Assembly (NCBI RefSeq): GCF_009914755.1
Contig: NC_060929.1
DNA length: 64,000 nt
DNA from: the human T2T-CHM13v2.0 reference genome, Homo sapiens
Strand: one strand, 5' to 3'
Below the pieces are notes generated by a model. It ran no database searches. It was given only the letters and a program-made list of their open reading frames with translations, and was not told where the DNA came from. Position 1 is the stretch's first letter; every line of letters begins with the position of its first letter. Position numbers and translations under genes: made by a program. Shown one piece after another: positions 1-12,810 of the stretch.

Positions 1-194
1 TGGTGACATCAGAGAATTTTGCCCATCTCAGAATTGTCACACTGTGACAAATCCCATGGGGTAGCATTTTCTAAATGGATAATTAATTTAAAATTTTTTA
101 TTTTGGTTATTTACATTTTTATCATTTAATGTGTGAACACATACCCAATGCTCTCTTTGCCTGGAAGATTGGTAAAAGTACAAAATCTCAAGCC

Positions 195-280
195 TTCCCC
201 GAGGCCTACTGAATCCTAACCTGCATTCTGACAAGATCCTCGGATGATTTTATATTCACATTAAAGTTTGAGAAGCACCA
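195..280. mobile_element. MER5A-like hAT DNA transposon fragment
   Basis: cctactgaatc...ctgcattctgacaag...aaagtttgagaagcac. Confidence 0.6.
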
Positions 281-1115
281 TTAAGATCACTCCAGTTTCA
301 AAACTCCAGATAATAATTCATCTTCCTGTATAATTCTTTATCACCATAAGAGCTTAAGGGAGAAAAACCCATGTGCTCTTTTCAATAGTTACTGCAAAAG
401 CATTTGATAGAATTCTATACTCATTCCTGTGTTTTTAAATGATTGCATTGAAGTTTAAGGTTTTTTTTTGAGGGCAATTGGCATCTTTATAATAATAAAC
501 TTTACAGTTCAGGCATTAATCTTTTTCCATTTATTAATCTGTTCCAAACTGTACCATTATAATTTTATTCCTTTATATTTAAGTTTACTCATGTATATTT
601 TTCTGCTATTGTGAATAACATCTTTATTCTATTGTGTTGTTTATTCTTGACATGTAGAAAAGTTATCAATTTTATATTCATTTTATAACTAGTCACCAGG
701 ATGAACTCTTAGTTCTAATAAATTTTTAGTTGATCCTCTTGAGTCATAACTACCATTGACACTTCTGATTTTTTTTTAAATCTTTAATTTTGTCAAGGAA
801 TAGATTCACATAGCCTTAATAATATAGTAAGCTTTAAGGACTTAAAAATTATTTGAGCTTGCCTCTGCTTCTGGGGAAATGGAATGCATGTTCTTTTCCC
901 TATTCTTCCGTAAATACAACTAAAAGCCTCCAATATTATATATAAACAAACATAACACTCTTAAAAGTGAAGAGAAAAAAGTCAGACTAAGTAGTGAACC
1001 TTGGGACCCAAGGAATGACATAGTGGTGAGTTCTTTGAGTTTTCTTTTTGTTTATATTTTTCTGACCTGGAGCTGAAGAGGCTGGCCACCCAGAAATGCC
1101 AATGGGTACAGGCTC

Positions 1116-1469
1116 TGATATGGTTTGGCTCTGTGTCCCCACCCGAATCTCATCTTGAATTGAACTTCCATAATTCCTGCATGTTGTGGGAGGGACCCAG
1201 TGGGAGATAATTTGAATCATGGGGGCGGTTTCCCCCATACTGTTCTTGTGGTAGTGAATAAGTCTCATGAGACCTGATGGTTTTATAAGGGGTTTCCACT
1301 TTTGCTTCTTTCTCATTCTCTCTTGCTGCCACCGTGTAAGAAGTGCCTTTTGCCTTCCACCATGATTGTGAGGCCTCCCCAGCCACATGGAACTGTGAGT
1401 CCATTAAACCTGTTTTTCTTCCCAGTCTCAGGTATGTCTGTATCATCAGCGTGAAAACAGATTAATACA
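1116..1469 (+). mobile_element. THE1-family (MaLR) solo LTR
   Basis: TGATATGGTTTGGCT...ATTAATACA termini; perfect 5-bp TSD GGCTC (1111-1115, 1470-1474). Confidence 0.92.
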
Positions 1470-1573
1470 GGCTCCAATGAAAGCCTGCTCTCTGTAGCCA
1501 AAGGACCAAGAAAGAAACAGGCTAGCAAGACAGAAATAATTTCAGACAGTAACTGCTCTACTCTAGCCAAACA

Positions 1574-1574
<1 letters not shown>

Positions 1575-1608
<34 letters not shown>
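1575..1608. repeat. (CA)n microsatellite
   Basis: direct reading. Confidence 0.95.
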
Positions 1609-1612
<4 letters not shown>

Positions 1613-3339
1613 AAAAAAACTGTAATGCCTCCACCTAGGCAGCAAAGCCTGAATGGCGAGCCTGGACTTCCACCCTCCTGGACTGTAATAAGGCACCCAG
1701 ACTTATAGAATCTGGATCTTGTGCCCACTGAGCAGTAATGTGGCAGCCCTCCCTCTCCCTGCTAGAGTGGTGTGAGAGGAGCCAAGGCAGAGAGGCAGGA
1801 CCTTCACACCATCCAGTTGTAATGAGGTCTTTCCCCTCAGTTGGTCAATGGAGGCCACATGGGGAGTAATAAGAAGGCACCCCTACTCTCCCAGCCAGAG
1901 TGATATCAAGAGAGGTCCAGTAGGTAGCTGGACCCCCTCCCAGCAATAACGAGGAGGCCTTCCCCACCTTAGTAGTAAGGTTCCTTGGGTCCCAAGATTC
2001 ACTAGCCTCCTTTTTTTCTCTTCACCTTTAAGAGAGTTATGTTTGTTTATATAGACAGAAACCAAATGGAGAACCTAGCCTTCTCCTCCCACCTCCTAGT
2101 AATGAGGCAGTGCCCCCACTTTTTCCTTGCCAAAACAATGTCAGGAAAAGCCACCTAAAACAGTAGGATTAAATAAGATCCAGGACCCCAAACTACCGAC
2201 ATTACCTAAGGTTCAATCACTTGACTGTTTGGATATTGCAATCACAACAATCACTTATGTCAAGAACCAAGAAAATCACAACTTAAGTTTAAAATAACAA
2301 TTCCTAGGTGCCCACACAGAAATGACGGATGTTAGAATTATCTGACAAGGATTTTTAAAGCAGCTATCATAAAAATGTTAAAATAAGCAATTAGCAATTA
2401 CTAACATTTGAAGCAAAAGAAAGAACATCTCAGGAAAAAAACTAAAGCCTCAGCAAAGAATTAAAAGGTTTATAAACCACACAGTAACTTTTAGAACTGA
2501 AAAATACAGTAACAGATGTGGAAACCCAATGAATAGTCTTTGCAGCAGAATGGAAGGACAGAGGAATGAATCAGTGCACTAGAGACTATAACAGAAATTC
2601 CCAGATCTGAACAACAAAGAAAAAGCAGACTGAAAGAAATAAAGAACAGAGCCTCAGGGATCAGTGGGATTATAACAGAAGATTTGACATTTGTGTCATC
2701 GGATTCCCAGAGGAGAGGAGAAAGAGGCAGTACTGACAAAGTACTTGAAATAAAAGTGGAAATGTTCCAAAAACACAGATTCAAGAAGCTGAGGAAACCT
2801 CAGACAGGATAAAGTGAAAGAAATTCACACAAAGACATATCATAGTCAAACTTCTGAAAACAAAAGACAAAGAAAATATTTGGAAAAGCAGTGAGATAGA
2901 AACAACTTACCTGTAAGAGGGAGACAGTTCTAATGACAGAGGATTTTTCATAACCTAAGGAGGCCAGAAGGAAGTACAACATTTTTCGGGGGAATCAAAG
3001 GCTGAATGAGGAGTCTAGACTTCCACCCTCCTGTAACAAGGCACCCAGACACTTGTAGAACCTGGAGAGAAAATAACTGTCAACATAGAATTTTATATCC
3101 AGCAAAAATAACCTTTAGGAATGAAGGAGAAACTAAGAGCACTTGTTACCAGCAAACTTCCCTCAAAGAATGACTACAGATAGCTCTCTAAACCAAAAGG
3201 AAATGAAGAAAGAAGAAATTTCGGAACATCAGAAGGGAAGAAAGGATAGCTAGAAGAATAAAAATATGAATAAATACATTTTTCTACTCTTGAGTTTTTA
3301 AAGTTGACAGTTGAAGTGCTGTTGTGGCTCTGAATGAAG

Positions 3340-3960
3340 CCTGCTTCATTCTCTGTGGTTTCTCTCAAGGGATGGCGTTCAGTGTCTGTGGCTTTTCCAG
3401 GCACGTGGTACAAGCTGTCGATGGATCTACCATTCTGGGGTCTGGAGGACAGTGGCCATCTGCTCACAGCTCCACTAGGCAATGCCCCAGTGGGGACTCT
3501 GTGTAGGAGCTCCAACCCCACACTTCTCCTCCATACTGCCCTAGCAGAGATTCTTCATGACAGTTCTGCTCCTGCAGCAGGCTTCTGCCTGGACACCCAG
3601 GCTTTTCCAAACATTCTTTGAAATCTAGGCAGAGGCTCCCAAACCTCGACTTTTGCATTCTATGCACCCACAGGCTTAACATGACATGGAAGGCACTAAG
3701 GCTTACAGCTTGCACCCTCTGAAGCAGCAGCCTTAGCTGTACCTGAGCCCCTTTTAGCCATGGTTAGATCTGGAGCGGCTGGGATGCAGGGATTACTGTC
3801 CCAAGGCTGTGCAGTGCATCAAGGCCCTGGGCCCACAAAACCATTCTGCCCTCCTAGGCTTCCCAGCCTGTGATGGCAGGGGCTGCTGTGAAGGTCTAAA
3901 GCATTGGGGATTTCAGTTCAACATGAGATTTGGGTGGGGATGCAAATCCAAACCATATTA
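3340..3960 (-). mobile_element. MaLR (MST/THE1) internal fragment plus LTR-start fragment
   Basis: ggatctaccattctggggtctggaggac... internal consensus; catgagatttgggtgggga...caaaccatat is the reverse complement of the LTR start. Confidence 0.8.
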
Positions 3961-4381
3961 AGGCATGAGCCATCATGTCCAGTTCACATCTTTATATAAG
4001 TTTGTATTTGTATTTGTGTGTACAATGATGGGGTATGTGTGTTTACACATGTGCGTATTTCAGAAGATACATAATAAAATGTTAAATAGTAGTTGCCTTT
4101 ATAAAGTAGCTAGGTGGAAGTAGAGATAGGTACACAGGTATGTATACCCTTTCTCTTTGTTCACTGTGTATTTTAATAGATATTCTAGATATTGAGGTAC
4201 AGATTGTTTGCATAGAAATATATAGAATTATTCTGTGGGTTTTTTGTTAACATGTGGTATCATAATATGTGTGGTAAGCTAAAATTTCCTTTTCATATTA
4301 GCAATATATCTTAGAGGTCTTCCTGTTCTCCAAAATACAGAGCATTGCCATAGTCAGTATATATGACCTTACTTTACTCTT

Positions 4382-4528
4382 TTTTTATATATATACTTTA
4401 AGTTCTAGGGTACATGTGCACAACGTGCAGGTTTGTTACATATGTATACATGTGCCATGTTGGTTTGCTGCGCCCACTAACTCGTCATTTACATTAGGTA
4501 TTTCTCCTAATGCTATCCCTCCCCGCTC
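4382..4528 (-). mobile_element. 5'-truncated L1PA 3' end (~150 bp)
   Basis: ttaagttctagggtacatgtgcacaacgtgcagg; 15-bp TSD CCTTACTTTACTCTT (4367-4381, 4529-4543). Confidence 0.92.
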
Positions 4529-5076
4529 CCTTACTTTACTCTTAACTGATGTGTAACATCCCTCAGTGGGACTGCAATTGCAGTGTCTCTAGCTGTTCCC
4601 CCTATTAGTGAACATTTTACTGGATGCACAATTTTGGTATTACAAACAATGCTGTGACAAAAATACTTATATATGGGGCTTTTCTACACAGGTGCTTTAA
4701 TTTTCCTGGGCTAGATATATTGAAAATTAGAAATACTAGGTGAAAGGCTAAATAATTTTAAATTTGATACTGCTAAATTCCCTCCCCAAAACTATACCCT
4801 TTTGTAGTTTCCTCGAGCTCACACTTCACCATCTATGCTTTCTTTGTCCACCGATTGACATATGGATAAGGCAAGAATTTTCCCAAAATTACTCTGACTA
4901 CCTCAAGCTTAAAGCCATAAAAAAAAGTTTTGACATTTTTTATGGAAATTTGCTCTGCCTCTTCCTCTTTCAGTTCAGTTCTAGTTGCTTTCTGTTTTCT
5001 AGGAACCCTCATAATTTTTATCTCTATGCCTTCTTATTTTCTAGCACTATTATGGATTGCTTTAAAAGTATGTTTG

Positions 5077-5371
5077 GGCCAGGCATGGCTAACACCTGTA
5101 ATCCCAACACTTTGGGAGGCCAAGGTAGGGTGGATTGCTTGAGTCCAGGAATTCAAGACCAGCCTGGGCAACATAGTGAAACTTAGTCTCTCTGAAAAAT
5201 AGAAAAATCAGTCAGGCATGGTGGTGCACACCTGTAGTCCCAGCTATTCAGGAGTCTGAGGCAGGAGGATCAGTTGAGCCCAGGAGGTGGAGGCTGCAGT
5301 GAGCCATGATTGAGCCACTGCACTGTAGCCTGGGACAAAATGAGACCCTGTCTCAAAAAATAATAAGAAAA
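5077..5371 (+). mobile_element. Alu (J-like)
   Basis: dimeric Alu with A tail; TSD taaaagtatRtttg. Confidence 0.92.
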
Positions 5372-6503
5372 TAAAAGTATATTTGTATGATGTTACCATT
5401 GGGGGAAGCTGTGTAAAGGGGTACACGGAACTCATTGTATAATCTTTTGTCCTTCCTGTGAGTCGATGATTCTTTCCAAATTAAAAGGTTTTTTTTTTTA
5501 AACATATTTATGCCTTCTAGGGACTTGGACTGAGGGGAAGTCTGGAGCAAGTGCCCAGTTCGTCATTTTGATTCCATCCTGACTAAATTGTTTTGACTCA
5601 TTACAAAAATATTATTTTTTTGAAATAACAAAATTTCATTTACCCTTTTTAAAAAGAATGAGGTAAATATATACAGACATGAAAAGAAGTTTATAAAAAA
5701 ATTTGATTTTTTATATTTGCCCTTTTTAACAAGGAACTTTTACTTCCTTTCTAATTTGAAAAACAGTATCAGAATTGGGGTGAGTTACAAAGATGTTTCA
5801 ATAAAAAGATGCTCATAAATGAATTGGAATAAACTGTAACAGTTATGAATTTACTTCTTCTAAAGATACTAGTTTGTGTCCAGTTTTTGTAAAGAGTTTC
5901 CTGTAAAAATTATTCTTAATGGTGATAATCAGGTAAAGCTATGTTGATGAAGCATTGTTTAACTTTATGTGGGGATATATGAAATGATGGTCAGTTGCAG
6001 CACCAGTGTTTTCAGGGATCCAAGGGATTCAGGGCCACAAGTTGGTAGAGCATCCTCCTTTCCAGTCGGGGCCACAGTGGGCCACGTGTTGTGGTAAAGA
6101 TACTTAATATTAGGCATTATTTTCAAGCATTTTTTGTTGTTATCAAATACCACTAGCACCTAGTTAATACTGTTTATGGGTTTTGGAGAAATTCCATTTT
6201 ACTCCTTTTTGCCACCCAGGGCCTTGGTAAAGTTAAGCTTTCCAGCAGGAACTGTGCTTCTCCATGTAATTTATCACCCTTACTCTGCTGTCCTAAGCTT
6301 AGAACTAGTCTCAGCTGTGAGCTGATGTGCTCTGCTGTGTTTAACTGGCTACCCCCAGAGAGGGTGTCCAGATGAGATCTGAAGGGAGGGTGCCTGACAG
6401 TGTCCCAGCTCCATGCGGCCTGAGATGTGCTCTGCTCTTGCACTTCCTAGATAAATTGGGAAACTTGCTGGTAAATAATTCTATAACCCACTCTTTTCCT
6501 TAG

Positions 6504-6587
6504 GCTTTTTGGAAAGGATATAAACAACGGAAGGAGTATATGCACAGGCGGCAAACGTTCATTGATAATACTGATTCTATTGTGAAG
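6504..6587 (+). CDS. IQGAP2: IQGAP2 coding exon (~18), IQ region: AFWKGYKQRKEYMHRRQTFIDNTDSIVK
   Basis: ctcttttccttag acceptor, AAG|gtaaat donor; 84 nt, phase 0-0; IQ-motif sequence. Confidence 0.96.
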
Positions 6588-7228
6588 GTAAATACCCTTT
6601 CCTACCATACCAAGTGCTTGGCTTAAACGTTTCCCCTCATTTCATGTTTAATCTGAAAGACAGCTATAGAAAGGGAGGGTACATGTGAGCCTTGAAGTCA
6701 GAAGGCAGTACTGGATTTGAATCCCAGTTCTGCTGCTCATTTACCTAATCATTTTTCAAGCAGGTTGGTTAAACCGGTATAAAACCTCAAGTCCTTTATG
6801 AGTGGTTATGAGAATCACAAGTGAAAGTGTTCTATAACCAATAAATGTTCTTTGTCTAGAAAGTTCAAGTTGATTATTTAGACTTTAGGTAGAACCCAGC
6901 TTTTTTTCATGTTTCTCTTTCCACATTTGCTTAAGCATATTTAGAATGCTCAGACATAACAGAACAAAACCCATGATAAGAGGAAGTAGAGCTAATTTAG
7001 GGCCTATATTTGGGAGCTGAATTAGTCGAACCCAGGTGAATAGCTCTGGGTGAGAAAGAAAGGGTACTGTGATGTCCACTCTCATGGATCTGAAAGCCAG
7101 AGGACTGGACAAAAATCAACTTGGAAATCTACAACTTGGAGATCTACAAGTCTCCAGCTTGGAAATCCAGATGAGAGTGGAAGCAATGGAACTGGAAAGT
7201 AGAATCAGATTAGTTTAAAGATCTTTCA

Positions 7229-7385
7229 GGCCAGGCTTAGTGGCTCAAACCTGTAATCTCAGCACTTTGGGAGGCCAAGGTGGGAGGATAGCTTGAGCCC
7301 AGGAGTTCAAGACCAGCCTGGGTAACATAGGGGGACCTCATTTGTATTTTAAAAAATAATAATAAATAAAAACAAATTTAAAAAA
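7229..7385 (+). mobile_element. FLAM / Alu left monomer
   Basis: single arm plus A-rich tail. Confidence 0.85.
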
Positions 7386-7953
7386 CGTTTTAAACTGTGA
7401 AGACAGAGAATAATGTGACCCAGATCCATTGTGCAGTAGCTCCTTGATGAAATAGCATCCTATGGAACATATGCCTATTCTGTCAAAAACCATTGGTAGC
7501 AATTGGTCCCTCATGAGACCTCTTCGATGTTTTCCTGTAAAAACTTAAAGGATATTGGATGCATTTAAAGGGATGTTAGAAGAAACCCTAGACTTAGTTT
7601 ACTTGATTTCCTGACTCATTGCAACTCTCAGCAAAACGCTTCACCCTTCTGGCTTTTATTTACTGAGTTTAAGGTAAAATAGTACAAAGTTAAATTATTT
7701 TCCCCACTTCTCTCTTATTAAGGTGGTGAAATTAAGAGTAACATGTAAAGCGTTTTGAACCCCTTAAGAAACATCAGTGAAAGATGAAGAGTAGGCTTTA
7801 GAGATTGATTATTCAGTGGGCTGCTTTTTTTCTTTATCAAGTATCATTGTTTTTAGAAAAACTACACAAAACCGTATTACGGGTTGTTTGGTGATTACTT
7901 TGACTTTTCTCTTTATTTTTTGTTGTACTTTTCTATTTTTTAAAACCTTTCAG

Positions 7954-8025
7954 ATTCAGTCCTGGTTCCGAATGGCAACTGCAAGAAAGAGCTATCTTTC
8001 AAGACTACAGTATTTCAGAGATCAT
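7954..8025 (+). CDS. IQGAP2: IQGAP2 exon (~19): IQSWFRMATARKSYLSRLQYFRDH (IQ motif)
   Basis: ctttcag acceptor, gtaaga donor; 72 nt, phase 0-0. Confidence 0.97.
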
Positions 8026-8687
8026 GTAAGAAAAATGCCTGTGGGATTTTATCCAGGTTGATAATGACCTAAATGAATGCTTTATTGAAAGTTAGCATTG
8101 AATGATTTTTATTGAATGGTGGACATGAACACTTAAGAAATAATGGATCTGAGAACTTCATATGATAATATTTGGAGGCTTACTGTTTTCATTCAGAAAT
8201 CATGTTGAGAGTTAGACTTCACCAGTCAGGACTCGATAGAAAATGGGTGAGGGGAAAACTGTGGGCTAGTAACACCAAAGAGAAGACTCTAGAGAAATAT
8301 TTTACAGCATTGCATATGTAGTTTTTTCAACTGTTAACTGCTTACTTTAAATAGAAGCCCCTGGGAGGGATTTCTTCCTGAATCTTTAAAGAAGAGATAT
8401 GGGAACATAGATTGGATCATCTAAGTTGTGTGCTAAAATTATTTTCCCTTTTTAGATCTCTTTGTCTAGGCAGTTCCCCTACAGTCTTGTTTGTACTTTT
8501 AGCTGACTTATCTGACCTCTTCTTCAAAGAAAATGGAAAAATAAATGTTGAATACACCACATTGAAATACTGTCAGTTCTAAGTAGTGTCAGTTCTTAAA
8601 TACTGACAGTTCTTAAATGTTCTAAATTCAAAAATAATGGAGTAGGTGGGACTCTGGGAGATCAAGACTTGTCTTAATCTTTTGCAG

Positions 8688-8757
8688 AATAATGAAATTG
8701 TGAAAATACAGTCACTGTTGAGAGCGAACAAAGCTAGAGATGACTACAAAACATTGG
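8688..8757 (+). CDS. IQGAP2: IQGAP2 exon (~20): NNEIVKIQSLLRANKARDDYKTL (IQ motif)
   Basis: ttttgcag acceptor, G|gtaagt donor; 70 nt, phase 0-1. Confidence 0.97.
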
Positions 8758-9196
8758 GTAAGTGAGAGCTTTCTGAAACAAAGCAAGGATTTTTTATAAA
8801 CCAGGCAAGGACATATTGGTCCATATTGGTCACTTCAGAGGCTGCTCTAAGAACAGAGGATACCCATTGTTTCCAGTAGATTTTGATCATCTCAGGCCCC
8901 AGGTTCTAAACCAGTACACAGAGGAACACATGGTGAAAGGAAATGGGCCTTCCTATTAAATGGAAGGGATCAGCCACATGGTATAATTTCTTCTTCAAAG
9001 AGAGTGGAGTTGGCATAAATGCTGATTTTTTTTTCAATCTAAGCAAGAGTCAAAAATCTAATGCAAAAGAGTTAGCCAGAAAATAACCTTATATTTAAAT
9101 TGTTTAATTTGTTAGACATAGTCTCATCTCCCAAAAATGACAACTGCAAATATCTTCCTACAATTTCATTTTGAACTTTTCACAGAATAATTTTTA

Positions 9197-9477
<281 letters not shown>

Positions 9478-9937
9478 TTAAATTTTTTAATAAAAATTTG
9501 TAGAAAGTTTGAAAATAGCAAAATAAAAGTCACCCAAAAATAACAATCACATTTTGTGCTATCTCCTTACAGTCCCAACTTTGCCTATGTTTGTTATTTT
9601 GGTTTTTTACAGATCATAAGTTGATTCTTTATATACTAAATTTTTAACATTCTAATTATCACAGGAACATGCACAGTCAAGGAGAGCTTGATGATAAATT
9701 TACTAGTACTTACAGTGCCTAGTAAGTTTAGCCAGCACCTTTTATTGTCTAAAGTTTGTCTGAATTAAGGGATGAAGTATATGGCTCAAGAAAGATCTTC
9801 CCTGGTACTTGTTAAGGAAAATCTAGGGACGCTTGAAGTCCTCACTCTGCCTCCAGCCTGCAGAATCTACTGAATAATGTCTCATTCCACTAGATTCCAG
9901 CTCACCTCTCAGCTGGTAGATATGTTGTTGTTTTTGG

Positions 9938-10231
9938 AGTTTTTTGTTGGTTTTTTTTGTTTGTTTTTTGTTTTTTGTTTTCTTTTTTCTTGAGACGGAG
10001 TCTCGCTCTTTCGCCCAGGCAGGACTGCAGTGGCGCTATCTCCTGCCTCAGCCTTCCAAGTAGCTGGGAGTACAGGCGCCCACCACCGCACCCAGCTAAT
10101 TTTTTGTATTTTTAGTAGAGATGGGGTTTCACCGTGTTAGCCAGGATGGTCTTAATCTCCTGACCTTGTGGTCCGCCCGCCTCGGCCTCCCAAAATGCTG
10201 GGATTACAGGCATGAGCCACTGCGCCCAGCC
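9938..10231 (-). mobile_element. AluY-type element with an internal deletion
   Basis: accgtgttagccaggatggtc AluY diagnostics; ~41 nt missing near 10042. Confidence 0.9.
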
Positions 10232-12207
10232 GTTTTTGGTTTTTTTTTAAAGAAGGCTAAAGAGGATTTTTTTTTCTGAGCCCTAACACTAAAATATGTT
10301 TGCTGTTGCTTTTATATATGAAAGATGACTTCAAAATAAATTTTCCAAATGAACACAGGCTAGTTTTCATTTTATTCAAGGTAAAGTGTTTTTTTTTAAG
10401 CAGTTATAGTGATGTTTTTTGTTTGTTTACTTTTTTATTACAAAGACAAATTCCAATTTTAAAATCTAGGCAACTTTATATTGGGGCATAAAAGGTAAAT
10501 AGAGAAACCATCTCGGTGAGTGAGTTAGATCTAAGCTTCTCTGGGCTTCAGCAAATTGGGTGCTTTTATGGTAACCAAAACATAAATTTTCATTTCTTTC
10601 TTAGTTCAGCATCTTTAGAAAACTAAGGCTTTGGGATTTTCTAATTTAAAAAAAAATAACTTTTCTAAGTTTGTTATCATCTGTTCTCACCCTTTTATTC
10701 TGGAATGTCACTGAACGCATTCCAGCTTGAAAGATGCTGAAACTAAGATGTGGTCAGTTGTAGGAGCAGACTATAAAGTGGTCTGATTTCCTGAAATTAA
10801 AATACCTGTACCACAAAGTCATTCTCAGATGAAGATGGCAAAAAGCCTAGTATTGATAGAGGAAATATTAAATTCGAGCCATAACAATTAGTAAAGCTAA
10901 AATACTAATTTAGTTTTTTCCGATGGGACTGTTAATACATATGAAGAGACACAACCCTTAGTGGGTGGGAGAGGCAGCCATCAACTCTGGCCACAGTGGG
11001 AGGGCTCATGTTCCCTTAACTTGGCTGCATGGATGAGCGGTGGTGCATTGCTAAGGCCTTCCCTGAAGTGGTCATGTCAGTGGCAGCATCTTTGCTGGAA
11101 ATAGAAGGAAAATAAATTGATGTGCTTCAGTGGTCAGGAAATAAAGGGTCCCATGATCCAAGGAAAATTCTCCAATAAAGGCCATTTATGCAGTTGTTTG
11201 TGGTTTATGCAGTTGTTTTGGTGTTAGTTTTCTTACTCCTTTAGTGTCAAAACACCACAGAACTAAGGTGGAAGTAAAAGGAAGACTGTCAAGGGCCTAG
11301 GTGTAAAGGAGGGCAACTAATGAGATGGCCATGGCTGGACTAGCTCTTCCAAGTCATCTTTCTATTACTGGGTCTAATCATTCGTCCTCAATGGACCAGA
11401 CAATTTATTCTTACAGTTTACCCAGATCTGATCTCCCTAAGCATGTTAAAAATATTTTTCCAAGAGTCAGAGTGCCAGGAAATTAAAGCCTAAAGTTCCA
11501 GGTACTAAGGGGAAAACCCTTTTAGAATTTATGTGAGAATGTCCCTCTCAATAACAGGGGCTGACCCCTAGATTCTGAGCACCCTCCCTTGGCCGGTGCT
11601 CAAAGGACAAGGGCCAAGTTTCAATTTCTAAAATCTTTTTATTTCAGCTAAGTAGAACATTCGTTTTACTTATCATTCTGTTGGTTCCTGTTTGGCTTTT
11701 ACAGTCCTCCCTTCCTGGCCCTTTTCTAATTCAGCTTTCACCTACTTCCGGCTCCTTCCCAAAGATCCTTTGGGCTGGGAGAAACCACTTTCTGCTTCCT
11801 GCAGCAAGAATGTAAGTCACTTATCTAGCTCAAGCACAAGGTCTCAGGGTCGAGGTAACTTATGTTAACTTTCTTTCCCAGGTTCCTGAGGAATGAGGCA
11901 CAGATAGGACTATCTTCTTAGCGCATGAGTCCAGGGAACAGTGTGAGAGAGAGCTGATAAAAGGGATAAAAGGGGAGTTGATAACTAGAAAAGAGTGGGG
12001 CCAGATATCTGTTTTGTGCGTTTATTTATTGATCAGTTTCCTTGTCCAGATTTTAAATTGTGTGGGGGTGGGTAGAATGATTCTCACCCTAGACCAAGTA
12101 CTTTCATTGGTATATTTTTCTAGTAATTATTTAAGACCTTGTTTCTTTCCTGTTGATAATCATTCCAAGCTTTCCTAATTAAAGTATACCTGTTCCTGTC
12201 ACTGCAG

Positions 12208-12416
12208 TTGGCTCTGAAAACCCACCATTAACAGTAATTCGCAAATTTGTATACCTGCTGGACCAAAGTGATTTGGATTTCCAGGAGGAACTAGAGGTTG
12301 CACGATTAAGGGAAGAAGTAGTGACCAAGATCAGGGCCAATCAACAGCTGGAAAAAGACCTGAACCTGATGGACATCAAGATTGGACTGCTGGTGAAGAA
12401 CAGGATCACACTAGAG
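12208..12416 (+). CDS. IQGAP2: IQGAP2 exon (~21): VGSENPPLTVIRKFVYLLDQSDLDFQEELEV...LLVKNRITLE
   Basis: ctgcag acceptor, GAG|gtcagt donor; 209 nt, phase 1-0; conserved IQGAP-family motif MDIKIGLLVKNRI. Confidence 0.97.
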
Positions 12417-12469
12417 GTCAGTGGGGTTTTTGGGACTGTCAGCTCCCAGAAGAGGGAAGACGCCTACAT

Positions 12470-12810
12470 ACAGTCAAGAGTCACTTAATGACAGGGATAC
12501 ATTCTCAGAAATGTAGCATTAGGTGATTTCATCCTGATGCAAACATCATAGAGCACTTACCTAAACATAGATGGTGGAGTCTACTACACATCTAGGCTAT
12601 ATGGTAAAAAAGCCTACTGCTCCTAGGCTACACACCTGTACAGCTTGTGACTGTACTGAATACTGCAGGCAATTGTAACACAATTGTAAGTATTTGTGTA
12701 TCTAAACATAGCTCAACATAGAAAAAATACAGTAAAAATATAGTACTATAATCTTATAGGACTTATGTCTTATATGAGGTCCACTGTTGACTGAAACATT
12801 ATGTTGTTTG
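12470..12810. mobile_element. Tigger3/MER7-type DNA transposon
   Basis: cagtca...cacttaatgacagggatacattctcagaaatg...ctactacacatctaggctatatgg. Confidence 0.75.

Larger units (their letters stand above)
860..3320 (+). mobile_element. Old L1M 5'UTR plus degenerate ORF1 region (interrupted by a THE1 LTR)
   Basis: A-rich ORF1-like text, e.g. cagattcaagaagctgag...catagtcaaacttctgaaaacaaaagacaaagaaaat. Confidence 0.7.

Noticed and set aside
987-1696. Minus-strand ORFs of 98-133 aa
   Set aside because: They derive from the THE1 LTR, L1 and (CA)n sequence
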